Assembly (NCBI GenBank): GCA_017934475.1
Contig: JAGBJN010000003.1
Span: forward strand, 1,839 to 65,838
Source: Clostridia bacterium
GTDB lineage: Bacteria; Bacillota; Clostridia; TANB77; CAG-508
Direction: 5' to 3'
Length of the DNA: 64,000 nucleotides
Made by a program: the position numbers and the translations under genes. Every line of letters starts with the position of its first letter. Positions within the stretch are counted from its first letter, which is position 1. Shown here in pieces: positions 36,638-47,190 of the stretch. The notes under the pieces were generated by a model. It ran no database searches and was not told the origin of the DNA. It worked only from the letters and a program-made list of their open reading frames with translations.

Positions 36638-37738
36638 ATGAAAATATATTTGGATACTATTATATTCGCAAGACAAAGATTTGGTGGAATTTCAAATGTT
36701 TGGTATGAGTATGTTTCTAGAATGTTGAAAGATGAAAATGTAGAATTAAATTTATTTGGCTTGGATAATTATATTAATATGAGATATATGGAATTAAATA
36801 AGGAAAATGCTAAACATTTGAAGGATAAAAAATCTAATATTAATATACTTCGTTTAATTTCGCCTGATATTAAAAGTACAGAAAAATGTATTTTTCAGTC
36901 AACTGATTTAAGAATATGTAAAAAGAAAAATGTTAAAAATATTGTAATGATTCATGATACGACACATCAAATATATTTTAAGGGTATAAAGAAAATAATA
37001 AATACATATCAAAAGAGAAAAGCTATTAAAAATGCAGATGGAATCGTTTATATTTCAGACAACACTAGAAAAGATACAAATAGATTTTTTAAGAAAAGTA
37101 CTGAAAAGATGGAAAAAGTAATTTATAACTCTGCTTCTGAAGATTTTTGTAAATTAGATAAACCGGAATTACCTGAAAGATATAAAGAAGTAGAAAATAA
37201 AAAGTATTTTATTTACGTTGGAGATAGGACTAATTATAAAAATGTAGATTTTTTATATAGGGTTTTGAGAGAAAACCCACATATTAATGCCGTAATTGTT
37301 GGAGGAAAAGATTTTAGTGAAAAAGAGTTAGAAGAATTAGTAGATATAAAGGATAGAATATATAAATATTCAAAAGTACCTAATGACGAGTTAAATATAC
37401 TATATAATAAAGCTTTTTGTTCAATATATCCATCTTTATATGAAGGCTTTGGGATTCCGGTATTAGAGGCAATGAAAACGGGATGTCCTGTAATAGCTTT
37501 CAATAATTCATCTATACCTGAAGTATTGAAAGGAACAGGAATATTACTTGAAAATAATGATATTGAAGGCTGTAATGAACAAATAAAAAAATTGGAAGAT
37601 TTTGCTTATAGAAAAAAGATAGAAAATGAGGAAATTGAAAAATCAAAATTTTTCGATTGGAATAAATCTTATAAAGAATTGATGGATTTTTACGAAGAGG
37701 TTTTAAATAATGGTGATAAATACGAAAAAAAATTATAA
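36638..37738 (+). CDS. Glycosyltransferase family 4
   Basis: PSLYEGFGIPVLEAMKTGCPVIA motif. Confidence 0.85.
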   Translation: MKIYLDTIIFARQRFGGISNVWYEYVSRMLKDENVELNLFGLDNYINMRYMELNKENAKHLKDKKSNINILRLISPDIKSTEKCIFQSTDLRICKKKNVKNIVMIHDTTHQIYFKGIKKIINTYQKRKAIKNADGIVYISDNTRKDTNRFFKKSTEKMEKVIYNSASEDFCKLDKPELPERYKEVENKKYFIYVGDRTNYKNVDFLYRVLRENPHINAVIVGGKDFSEKELEELVDIKDRIYKYSKVPNDELNILYNKAFCSIYPSLYEGFGIPVLEAMKTGCPVIAFNNSSIPEVLKGTGILLENNDIEGCNEQIKKLEDFAYRKKIENEEIEKSKFFDWNKSYKELMDFYEEVLNNGDKYEKKL

Positions 37739-39059
37739 ATTTTTGAATATTTTAGATAGAGTATTTGTATGTTTATTTCTTATTTTGAACTCTATATCTG
37801 GTTTACAAATAAATAATATATCAATAAATTCTATATTGATGTTTTTATTTGTTGTATTTGTACTACTAAAATATGTAGATAAAAGAAATAAAAAGAAAAG
37901 AAATATACCTAAAAATAATATATTTGTTTTTTTTATATTTTCATGTATAATCTCATGTGTTATTTCGTTAGTTTACGAATATGTCATTCCTCATGCAAAT
38001 ATTGCATTTAGTTTTCTTATTAATTGTATATGCTATTTAATCATTTTTATAATCTTATTTAATATAGATAAAGAGTTTTTTAAGGAAATATGTGAAATAT
38101 TTATAAATGGATTAATATATGCAGCAAGAGTGCAAGTTATATGGGGAATTTTGCAAATGGTATTAATATATACCAATAATATTAATATAAACAAGATTTT
38201 ATTTGTAGATATATTGCATTCAACTATTAGTGAAAACTGGGTTATGGGGTTTTATACTAATGGAAAATGGATTTTAAGAATAACAGGATTGAACTATGAG
38301 AATGCTATTTTCGCAATTGTAGTTTGTATAGGATTGACATTAGAAAAAAACAAAATTTGGAAAACTGTAATGACGGCTTCTATTATTTTAAGTTTATCAC
38401 GTACAGGTTGGTTTATGGTTGCTGTTTATTATTTTGTTATCTTTATAAAACATATAAAGAGTGGAAAAAAATTTTCTAAAAATCAAATATTAAAAGTTTC
38501 TTTGATTTTTCTATTTATTTTTAGTATAGGTATTTTAATGTATTTTTTTAATGATACAGTTAAATTACAAATAAATAGTATCTATTATAGAATAGTTGAT
38601 AATAGTTCAAATGAAGTATCAGGAAATAGACATTTATTGTATTATATATATGGGCCGTATTTACTATTTAATAGATCAAATATATTTCAAATATTATTTG
38701 GGTACGGCATTAGATGCTCAGGAATTCCGTTTAGTCAAAATATAGACATATTTTCCAAAATTGGTGGAACGATGAATTATACCTCGGCTTGGGCGGTTGA
38801 ATCTGATGTTATTGGGTTATTACTAGGTGGAGGTATTATTACTACTTTATTATATTATATTATGAATTTAAGGTTGATTAAACGAAATAACATTTTTTCA
38901 AATACAATTATTATTATTTTATTTGGAGGAATAACTTACCACTTCCATTCTATTAGTTATATAATTTTGATTTTTATATTTGCTTCAATTTATATATTGA
39001 AAGAAAATCAGAAAGAAGGAATAAATGAACAGGATAGCAATTTTAATAATAAATTATAA
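37710..39059 (+). CDS. wzy: O-antigen/capsule repeat-unit polymerase (Wzy-like) membrane protein
   Basis: About 10-12 TM segments with a large loop, and SLSRTGW, which is typical of the O-antigen ligase/polymerase family. Confidence 0.65.
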   Translation: MVINTKKNYKFLNILDRVFVCLFLILNSISGLQINNISINSILMFLFVVFVLLKYVDKRNKKKRNIPKNNIFVFFIFSCIISCVISLVYEYVIPHANIAFSFLINCICYLIIFIILFNIDKEFFKEICEIFINGLIYAARVQVIWGILQMVLIYTNNININKILFVDILHSTISENWVMGFYTNGKWILRITGLNYENAIFAIVVCIGLTLEKNKIWKTVMTASIILSLSRTGWFMVAVYYFVIFIKHIKSGKKFSKNQILKVSLIFLFIFSIGILMYFFNDTVKLQINSIYYRIVDNSSNEVSGNRHLLYYIYGPYLLFNRSNIFQILFGYGIRCSGIPFSQNIDIFSKIGGTMNYTSAWAVESDVIGLLLGGGIITTLLYYIMNLRLIKRNNIFSNTIIIILFGGITYHFHSISYIILIFIFASIYILKENQKEGINEQDSNFNNKL

Positions 39060-39900
39060 CGGGTATAAAGATACTTGTGAGTGTATAGAATCTATTCCAA
39101 AAAATGATTCAAATGAAATTGTAGTTATTGATAATGCGTCTAAGGAAAAAGAAGGAGAAAAAATAAAGGAAAGATTTCCTAATATACATTTAATACAAAG
39201 CAATAAAAATATAGGATTTGCGGGGGCAAATAATTTAGGAATCAAATATGCTATAAATAATAAATTTGATTATGTACTATTGTTAAATAATGATACGATT
39301 ATAGAAAAAGACATGATAGATGAGTTAATAAAAGGTGAAGAAAATGATATAATTACTGTTCCTAAAATGTGTTATTATTCTAATCCTAGTGTTATTTGGT
39401 ATGCAGGAGGTTATATAGATCGATTTAAAGGAGATGCAAAACATTTAGGGTTAAATGAAATTGAAAAAAAACATAATAAAATAAAGTATTGCAATTTTGC
39501 AACTGGATGTTGTATGTTAATTAATTTAGCTTTGATAAAAAAAATAGGATATATGAATGAAGAATACTTTATGTACTGTGAAGATGTAGATTATTGTATA
39601 AAAATGATTGAAAATAATATTAAAATAAAATATGTTCCTACTGCTAAATTGCTTCATAAAGTTAGTTCTTCTACTGGAGGAGAGATGTCTCCCTTTTCTA
39701 CATATTACTATACAAGAAATAGATTTCTTTTAATAAAAAATCATAATGAATTTTTTTTCAAAACTGCTTTCTTGTATACATTATTAACAAGAAAATTGAG
39801 AATATTTATATATCGTAATAAAAAAAATACAATATATAAATATATAGAAAAGGCTATACAAGATTCCAACAAAAATATATCAGGTAAAATAAATTTGTGA
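39025..39900 (+). CDS. Glycosyltransferase family 2
   Basis: IAILIINYNG...VIDNAS...NIGFAGANN...LLNNDT and a DxD-type CEDVDY motif. Confidence 0.85.
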   Translation: MNRIAILIINYNGYKDTCECIESIPKNDSNEIVVIDNASKEKEGEKIKERFPNIHLIQSNKNIGFAGANNLGIKYAINNKFDYVLLLNNDTIIEKDMIDELIKGEENDIITVPKMCYYSNPSVIWYAGGYIDRFKGDAKHLGLNEIEKKHNKIKYCNFATGCCMLINLALIKKIGYMNEEYFMYCEDVDYCIKMIENNIKIKYVPTAKLLHKVSSSTGGEMSPFSTYYYTRNRFLLIKNHNEFFFKTAFLYTLLTRKLRIFIYRNKKNTIYKYIEKAIQDSNKNISGKINL

Positions 39901-39937
39901 TTTCATTTAGAAAAACAGAGATTTATGGGGGAAAGAA

Positions 39938-41404
39938 ATGGATAAAAAAAATAGTTCATTAACAAAAAATTCGATTTTTTATATGCTATATAATGTATTA
40001 AATGTTATTTTTCCGTTCATAACTGGAATATATATTAGCCATATATTGTTACCTGAAACAATTGGTTTAGTTGAAAGTGCAAGAAATTTAGCACAATATT
40101 TTGTTATTTTATCATTCCTAGGTATTCCAACATATGGACTAAAAATCATTTCTCAAAATAGAAATGATAAAAAAAGATTAAACCAATCATACACTGAATT
40201 AATGGTAATTAATTTTATTTCAACAGTAGTATTTTCAATTATATTTTTAATTGTAGTTTTATCAATTAATAAATATAGAATTAATGCAAATCTTTTTTTT
40301 GTTGTTGGAATTTCGATTTTCTTAAATATATTCAATAATTCATGGTTGTTTGAGGGATTAGAAGAGTTTAAGTACATATCAATAAGAAATTTAATTTTTA
40401 AGATATTAAGTTTTATACTATTAATTGTAGTTGTTAGAAAGTCTGATGACTATTTACAATATGCTTTAGTTACAGTGATTGGTACAGCTGGAAATTATTT
40501 GTTAAATATATTTTATGCAAAAAGGTATGTAACATTTAAGATAAATAGAGAAATAAATATAAAGCAACATTTAAAGTCTATCTTTTATCTAGTTTTAGTA
40601 AATTTAGCTATAGAAATATATACTTTAGTAGATATAACAATGCTAGATTGGTTAGGCAAAAAGGAAAATATAGCATATTATTCATATGGTAGCAAAATTT
40701 TTAAGATTTTAATACAAATAATAAATACATTTACTATTGTTTTAGTACCAAGGATTGCATTATATTATAAAGAAAAGAAATACGATGAATTTAATGATAC
40801 AATTACTAAAACCTTAAAAACAATAATAATATTAGCAATACCTTTAATTATTGGTGTGTTTTTTACATCCGACTATTTGCTTACAGCAATATATGGTAGT
40901 GAATATATCTATAGTGCGCAAGTTTTAAAAATTTTAAGCTTAATTTTGACAATATCACCAATAGGTTATTTATTAGGTTCAAGAATTATGCTTGTAACAG
41001 ATAATGAAAAAAAGATGATTATACCAGTTGTATGTGGTGCAATTACAAATATAATATGCAATTACTTTTTTATACAGAAATTTCAAGAGATAGGAGCTGC
41101 AATTGCCTCTGTTATAAGTGAAATAGTTGTCATGATAATATATATATATCTAGGTAAACGATATTTCAAATTAGAAAATATATCAAATTTATTAATAAAA
41201 GAGTTGGTGGCAATAATATTGATGATAGTATATTTGTATTTATTAAAAAATATAAATATAGATTTATTATATATAACAATTTTACAGATTATAGGTGCAG
41301 TAGTGATATATTTTGGAACATTAATTATAACTAAAGAAGAAATAACATGGAATTTTTTGAATAAAGGATTAATGATGTTAAAAAAAAGGAGGAGCAATGG
41401 ATAG
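39938..41404 (+). CDS. wzx: Polysaccharide flippase (Wzx, MOP superfamily)
   Basis: 488 aa and about 12-14 TM segments. N-terminus NSIFYMLYNVLNVIFPFITGIYISHIL is typical. Confidence 0.8.
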   Translation: MDKKNSSLTKNSIFYMLYNVLNVIFPFITGIYISHILLPETIGLVESARNLAQYFVILSFLGIPTYGLKIISQNRNDKKRLNQSYTELMVINFISTVVFSIIFLIVVLSINKYRINANLFFVVGISIFLNIFNNSWLFEGLEEFKYISIRNLIFKILSFILLIVVVRKSDDYLQYALVTVIGTAGNYLLNIFYAKRYVTFKINREINIKQHLKSIFYLVLVNLAIEIYTLVDITMLDWLGKKENIAYYSYGSKIFKILIQIINTFTIVLVPRIALYYKEKKYDEFNDTITKTLKTIIILAIPLIIGVFFTSDYLLTAIYGSEYIYSAQVLKILSLILTISPIGYLLGSRIMLVTDNEKKMIIPVVCGAITNIICNYFFIQKFQEIGAAIASVISEIVVMIIYIYLGKRYFKLENISNLLIKELVAIILMIVYLYLLKNINIDLLYITILQIIGAVVIYFGTLIITKEEITWNFLNKGLMMLKKRRSNG

Positions 41405-42209
41405 AAAAGAATTGTCATTAAAAGAAATACAAGAAGAGAGTTTTAAGGTACTATTAAAAATTAAAGAAATATTCGATGAAAATGGATGGAAGTATTATTT
41501 AATTGCTGGAACTTTAATTGGTGCAGTAAGACATAAAGGATTTATCCCATGGGATGATGATATAGATTTATGGATTCCAAGACCAGATTATGAGAAATTT
41601 GTTGAATATTGTATTAAAAACAAAGAAAAATTGTATCCATTCGAATTAATACATTATAAAACAAATGATAAATATATTTATCCAATAGCGAGATTTTCAG
41701 ACTCTAGATACATTTTGGACTATAAAAATACGAAAGATTATGGATTAGGATTATTTGTTGATTTATATCCATTAGATGGCGTAAAGGAGAATTATTATTT
41801 CTTTAAGAAAAAAATGCATAATATAAATAGAAAAATTGTTTTATGTGGTGCAAAGAAAATGGTAAAAGGCAATAGTAAAATAAAAAACTTTCTAAAAATA
41901 CCATATTATTTTATAATAAAAAAGAGCAACTTGAATAAATTGTTAGAAAAATGCGATAAAATTGCTCAAAAATATAAATTTGAAGAATATAGTAGAGTTG
42001 AATGTGTGTGTTGGGCGGACCATTTTTTTACTTATGAAAAAAAATGGATAATTGGAGATGAGGAAAAGTTTTTAGAATTTAATGGTGAATTATTTAGAGT
42101 ACCATCTGATTATGATAAGGTATTAACTAGATTATATGGAAATTATATGAAATTACCACCAAAAGAAGAACAAATAGCTCATCATTTTTATAAAGCATAT
42201 AAGAAATAA
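41397..42209 (+). CDS. licD: LicD-family phosphotransferase
   Basis: LIAGTLIGAVRHKGFIPWDDDIDLWIPR is the LicD signature. Confidence 0.85.
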   Translation: MDRKELSLKEIQEESFKVLLKIKEIFDENGWKYYLIAGTLIGAVRHKGFIPWDDDIDLWIPRPDYEKFVEYCIKNKEKLYPFELIHYKTNDKYIYPIARFSDSRYILDYKNTKDYGLGLFVDLYPLDGVKENYYFFKKKMHNINRKIVLCGAKKMVKGNSKIKNFLKIPYYFIIKKSNLNKLLEKCDKIAQKYKFEEYSRVECVCWADHFFTYEKKWIIGDEEKFLEFNGELFRVPSDYDKVLTRLYGNYMKLPPKEEQIAHHFYKAYKK

Positions 42210-42229
42210 AATGTAAAAGGGGAAATAAA

Positions 42230-43372
42230 ATGAAGTATTTTGGTATAGTAAGTTATAATATATATGCAAATTTTACAAATTATGGTTCTGCATTGCAGTC
42301 ATGGGCATTATCACAAACAATAGATAATCTTGGAAGTGATAAATGGAAAGCAAAGTTAATAGATTATTGCCCTGATATATTAAAGGATAAAGATCCACTT
42401 AATCCAATGAAAAATATGTGGGATAAAGATGAAAAAATGAGAAAAGAATGTGAATTAAGTTTACCAGCAATAAAAGAAAACTATGTTAAATTTATGAGAT
42501 TCTATAATGAAGAATTTTCTAAAACAAAAAAATCATATACATCTTCTGATTTTAATGATGTGGTAGAAGATGAAAATATAAGTGGTTTTGTGTGCGGTAG
42601 TGATACGATTTTTTGCGTAGATGAGTTTGGAATTGATGATGGATACTATGCAAATTATGATTGTATGAAAAATGGACAAACTATATCATATGCAGCTAGT
42701 TTTGGAGATCCACATTTTAATGAAGATACATATAAAGTTTTAAATGATAGATTACAAAATTTTAAAGCAATTGGATTAAGAGAAAATAATATGTTAGAAT
42801 ATGTCAAAAAGCATACTAATGTAAACGTCCAAAAAGTATTAGATCCAACACTTATTTTAAATGCAGAAGATTACGAAAAAATAACAGCTGAAAAATTGGA
42901 AAACGAAAAATACTTGCTTTTATATTCTAGAAGATATAATCAAAATATGTATGATTTTGCTGAGAAAATTGCAAAAGAAAATGGATGGAGAATTATTGAA
43001 ATAAGTTTACAAGCATCAAATGCAAGTAAACATAGAATGTTTTATGAAGCTGGAGTGGAAGAGTTTTTATCATTAGTAAAAAATGCAGAATTTATAGTTA
43101 CTAATTCTTTTCATGGAATGATTTTCGCAGTACAATTTAGAAGACAATTTGTTATTTTTTCAAGAGAACAATGCAGCACAAAAATTGAAGAATTATTAAA
43201 ATTATTTGGATTAGAAGATAGATTACTTATAAATGGAAGTGAAAAATTTAATAAAAATATTGACTATATAAAAGTACATGAAAGAATAAATAATGAAAGA
43301 ATACAATCAATTAAATTTCTAAAAAAAGAATTAAATAATATGTATGTTGAAGGAGATAAAGCCAATGGATAA
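42230..43372 (+). CDS. Polysaccharide pyruvyl transferase family protein
   Basis: N-terminus NYGSALQSWAL and C-terminus FIVTNSFHGMIFA are typical of the CsaB/WcaK-type family. Confidence 0.75.
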   Translation: MKYFGIVSYNIYANFTNYGSALQSWALSQTIDNLGSDKWKAKLIDYCPDILKDKDPLNPMKNMWDKDEKMRKECELSLPAIKENYVKFMRFYNEEFSKTKKSYTSSDFNDVVEDENISGFVCGSDTIFCVDEFGIDDGYYANYDCMKNGQTISYAASFGDPHFNEDTYKVLNDRLQNFKAIGLRENNMLEYVKKHTNVNVQKVLDPTLILNAEDYEKITAEKLENEKYLLLYSRRYNQNMYDFAEKIAKENGWRIIEISLQASNASKHRMFYEAGVEEFLSLVKNAEFIVTNSFHGMIFAVQFRRQFVIFSREQCSTKIEELLKLFGLEDRLLINGSEKFNKNIDYIKVHERINNERIQSIKFLKKELNNMYVEGDKANG

Positions 43373-45068
43373 TAAATATATTGGAAATAGTATATTAATA
43401 GAATTATTAAAAAAATACAATATAAAGAAATTAGTTCTTTCATCAGGTGCAAGAAATGTTCCTTTTGTATTTAATGTTGAAAATGATTCTGATTTTGAGT
43501 GCTTTTCAGTAATTGATGAAAGAAATGCAGCTTTTTTTGCATTAGGATTGAGTCAACAAGCAAAAGAGCCCGTCGTTATAGCATGTACTAGTGGAACTGC
43601 TGCATCAAACTATATAACAGGAATTACAGAAGCATATTATAGCCATGCACCTATAGTTGTTCTTACATTTGATAGAAATCCATATATGTATAACTAATTA
43701 GAAACTCAAAAAATTGATCAAGAATCAATATTTGAATCAATAACTAAGAAAAATGTTACGCTTCCTATTGTTAAAGATGAAGAAGATATATGGTATTGCA
43801 ATAGAATTATAAATGAAGCATTAATGGAATTATATAAACCAGGATGTGGACCAGTACATATAAATATTCCATTAGTTGGAAATATGAATAATTTATTTAA
43901 TAGTACAGAAGAAATTGAAAAAATGAATCAAGTAAAGAAAATAGATTATATATCATATAATAATAATCAAAAATGGAATGATGTTATAAATAAATTATTA
44001 AATAAGAAAAAAATATTATTAATTATTGGACAAGAAGATAATTTAACAGAAAAACAAATTAATTATATCAGAAAATTTGCAGAGATAACGAAATGTCCTA
44101 TTTTAACAGATAACTTATCTAATTTTAAAAGTAAATATAATATTTTAGCTGGGCCTATAATTAAAGCTCTTAATTCAAATTCCATAAATAAGCTATTACC
44201 AGAAGTTGTTATTTCTTTTGGAAATAACATGCAGGAAAGAATAAAGGAGCTTTTAAGAGGAAAGAATATTGAACATTGGTATTTAAGCGAAGATGGTCAG
44301 CTTAGAGATTGCTTTAAATCATTATCAGTGTTATTTGACAGTACAATTGATTATTTTTTTGAAACATTTAATAGTGGATTAGAAAATAAATATAATGCGG
44401 ATGGAAAATATTTTGATGATTGGTCAAAAGTATCAAATGCAATAAAAATGCCAGATATGCCATTTTCTAATTTTTATGTAACAAGAGAATTTTCTAGAAT
44501 AATACCTAATAATTCAATAGTTCATTTAGCAATATTAAATGCAACAAGACAAATGCAATTTTTTGAACTTGATGAATCAATAAAGGTATATAGTAATGTT
44601 AATGCATTTGGAATTGATGGATGTTTGCCAACATTTATGGGACAAGCATATACTACAGATGATCTAGCTTTTATTATAATAGGGGATTTAAGCTTTTTCT
44701 ATGGAATGAATGCGCTTGCTATAAAACATGTAAAAAATAATGTAAGAGTATTAATGATAAATAATGGTGGTGGGGCAGAATTTCATATTCAACCTGACTC
44801 AAATAGTATACCTACAATAGATAAACATATAGGAGCTGCACATAATAGAATAGCTAAAGATTGGGCTAAATCATTAGGTTATAAATATATTTGTGCAAAT
44901 GATATGAAAACATTTAATGATAATATAAAAGAATTTGTAAGAAAAGATAGTGTTTCTCCAATTTTCTTTGAAGTATTTACTAATATGAAGTTAGATGGAG
45001 AGTTTTGTTTATCAGTATATAGAGAAATGGAAAAAAGCATAAAAGATGTATTGGAGGAATTAAACTAA
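43365..45068 (+). pseudogene. Thiamine-diphosphate enzyme (MenD-like architecture) interrupted by one in-frame TAA at 43695..43697
   Basis: ORFs 43344..43697 and 43824..45068 share one frame, and the gap holds no further stop. N-terminal TPP-pyrimidine domain (DERNAAFFALG, CTSGTAASN) and C-terminal TPP-binding GDLSFFYGMNAL...NNGGG. Confidence 0.75.
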
Positions 45069-45069
45069 C

Positions 45070-46110
45070 ATGAAAAATATTTTATTATTAGGCGGTACTG
45101 GTGCTATTGGAAATTTTGTTGCTGAAATATTATCTAATTCAGATGAATGGAATATTTTTATAACCACAAGGAATGAAAGAATACCAAAAATAAAGAACGT
45201 TAAATATATAAAAGGAAATGCAAGAGAATTTGATTTTATAAAAAATGTTTGTATAGATCACTACGATGCTATTATTGATTTTATGAATTACAATTTAGAA
45301 GAATTTGAACAGAATTATGAAGTGCTTTTAAGAGCTACAAATCATTATATATTTTTAAGCTCTTGTCGAGTATATAATAATGAAAATCTATTGACGGAAA
45401 ATTCACCTAGATTATTAGATACAATAAAAGATGATGAATTTTTAAAAACTAATAGATATGCTTTAAGAAAAGCAAGAGAGGAAGATATATTAAATAAATC
45501 GGAATATAATAATTGGACTATTGTAAGACCATATATAACATTCAGTAATATAAGACTTCAACTGGGGGTATATGAAAAAGAAGAGTGGTTGTATAGATTA
45601 TTAAATGATGAGCCATTAGTAGTAAATAAAAATGTGCTAGAAAAATATACTTCTTTGACATATGGATATGATGTGGCTTATGGAATTTATAAAATATTAA
45701 ACAATAAAGAATTATACAGAGATAAAATACAATTTGTAACTGAACAAAGTATTAAATGGAAAGATATATTAAATACTTATACTGAAATCATAACGAATTT
45801 AACAAATAAAAATCCTGTAATAATTGAATCAGAAAATTTATGTGAAATAGAGGAATTATTTGAAGGTGGATATAATACAAAATATGATAGACTTTGGAAT
45901 AGAAAGTTTGATAATAGTAAATCAATAGAATATAGTAAAGATATTGTATATCATGAAACATTAGAAAAAATAAAAGAATGTTTAATAGAATTTATAGAAA
46001 AATGGAAAATCGAGGGGAATATTGCATTTAATAAAATAAATGAAGAATATGAAAATAAAATGAATATTTTATGTAATAAATTAATGTTAAAGGAGAATAG
46101 AAATGATTAA
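45070..46110 (+). CDS. NAD(P)-dependent epimerase/dehydratase-family (SDR) protein
   Basis: LLLGGTGAIGNFV Rossmann motif and a YxxxK-like YALRK. Confidence 0.75.
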   Translation: MKNILLLGGTGAIGNFVAEILSNSDEWNIFITTRNERIPKIKNVKYIKGNAREFDFIKNVCIDHYDAIIDFMNYNLEEFEQNYEVLLRATNHYIFLSSCRVYNNENLLTENSPRLLDTIKDDEFLKTNRYALRKAREEDILNKSEYNNWTIVRPYITFSNIRLQLGVYEKEEWLYRLLNDEPLVVNKNVLEKYTSLTYGYDVAYGIYKILNNKELYRDKIQFVTEQSIKWKDILNTYTEIITNLTNKNPVIIESENLCEIEELFEGGYNTKYDRLWNRKFDNSKSIEYSKDIVYHETLEKIKECLIEFIEKWKIEGNIAFNKINEEYENKMNILCNKLMLKENRND

Positions 46111-47176
46111 TTTTACAGTTGGACCAGTTCAATCTAGTGATGAAGTAAGAAAAATTGGACAAGAACAAGTTCCTTATTTTAGAACACCAGAATTTTCAAA
46201 TATAATGTATGAAAATGAAAAGCTAGTAAAGAAATTTTCAGGGGCATCTGAAAATTCAAGAGTAGTTTTTATTACAGGATCAGGAACAGCTTCAATGGAA
46301 GCGGCTGTAATGAATATTTTTAATGAAAACGATAATGTTTTAATTATAAATGGAGGAAGTTTTGGACAAAGATTTGTAGATTTATGTAGTTTATACAATG
46401 TTAAATATACAGAAATAAAATTACCTATTGGGAAAGGAATTAACGAAGAAACCTTAAAAAAATATGAAGGCGAAGGATATACAGGCTTTCTTGTAAATGT
46501 TCATGAAACATCTACAGGAGAACATTATAATATAGAAATAATAAGTGATTTTTGTAAAAGAAACAATATCTTTTTATTAGTTGATGCAATAAGTTCATTT
46601 TTAGCAGATGAATTTAATATGAAAGAATTACATGTTGGAGCAATGATAACAGGTTCACAAAAAGCATTAGCATGTCCACCGGGGATATCTCTTATTGTAT
46701 TATCTGAAGATGCAATTAAAAGAGTAGAAAATAATCAAACTAAATGTATGTATTTAGATATAAAAAATGCATTAAAAAATGGCGAAAGAGGTCAAACACC
46801 ATTTACACCAGCTGTAGGAATATTAAGACAAATTAATGCTAGATTAAAACAAATTGAAAGAGATGGAGGGCAACAAATTGAAATAAATAGAACACGTGAA
46901 CTAGCAGAATATTTTAGAAATGCTATAAAAGATTTACCTTTAGAAATTGTTCCAGAAGATTCGTCAAATGCAGTTACAGCATTGCATCCGTTAAATAATC
47001 AAGCATATAAAATATTTGAAACATTAAAAGATGAATATGGTATTTGGATATGTCCTAATGGAGGAGAATTAAAAGATAAAGTTTTTAGAGTAGGACATAT
47101 TGGTGATTTAACAATACAAGATTATGATAAATTGATTGATGCTCTAAAAAAATTACATGATAAAGGAATTTTATAA
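46103..47176 (+). CDS. Class V PLP-dependent aminotransferase (AGXT/PhnW-like)
   Basis: GSGTASMEAA, DAISS and the GSQKALACPPG lysine motif. Confidence 0.85.
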   Translation: MINFTVGPVQSSDEVRKIGQEQVPYFRTPEFSNIMYENEKLVKKFSGASENSRVVFITGSGTASMEAAVMNIFNENDNVLIINGGSFGQRFVDLCSLYNVKYTEIKLPIGKGINEETLKKYEGEGYTGFLVNVHETSTGEHYNIEIISDFCKRNNIFLLVDAISSFLADEFNMKELHVGAMITGSQKALACPPGISLIVLSEDAIKRVENNQTKCMYLDIKNALKNGERGQTPFTPAVGILRQINARLKQIERDGGQQIEINRTRELAEYFRNAIKDLPLEIVPEDSSNAVTALHPLNNQAYKIFETLKDEYGIWICPNGGELKDKVFRVGHIGDLTIQDYDKLIDALKKLHDKGIL

Positions 47177-47190
47177 AAAGGAAGATAAAA

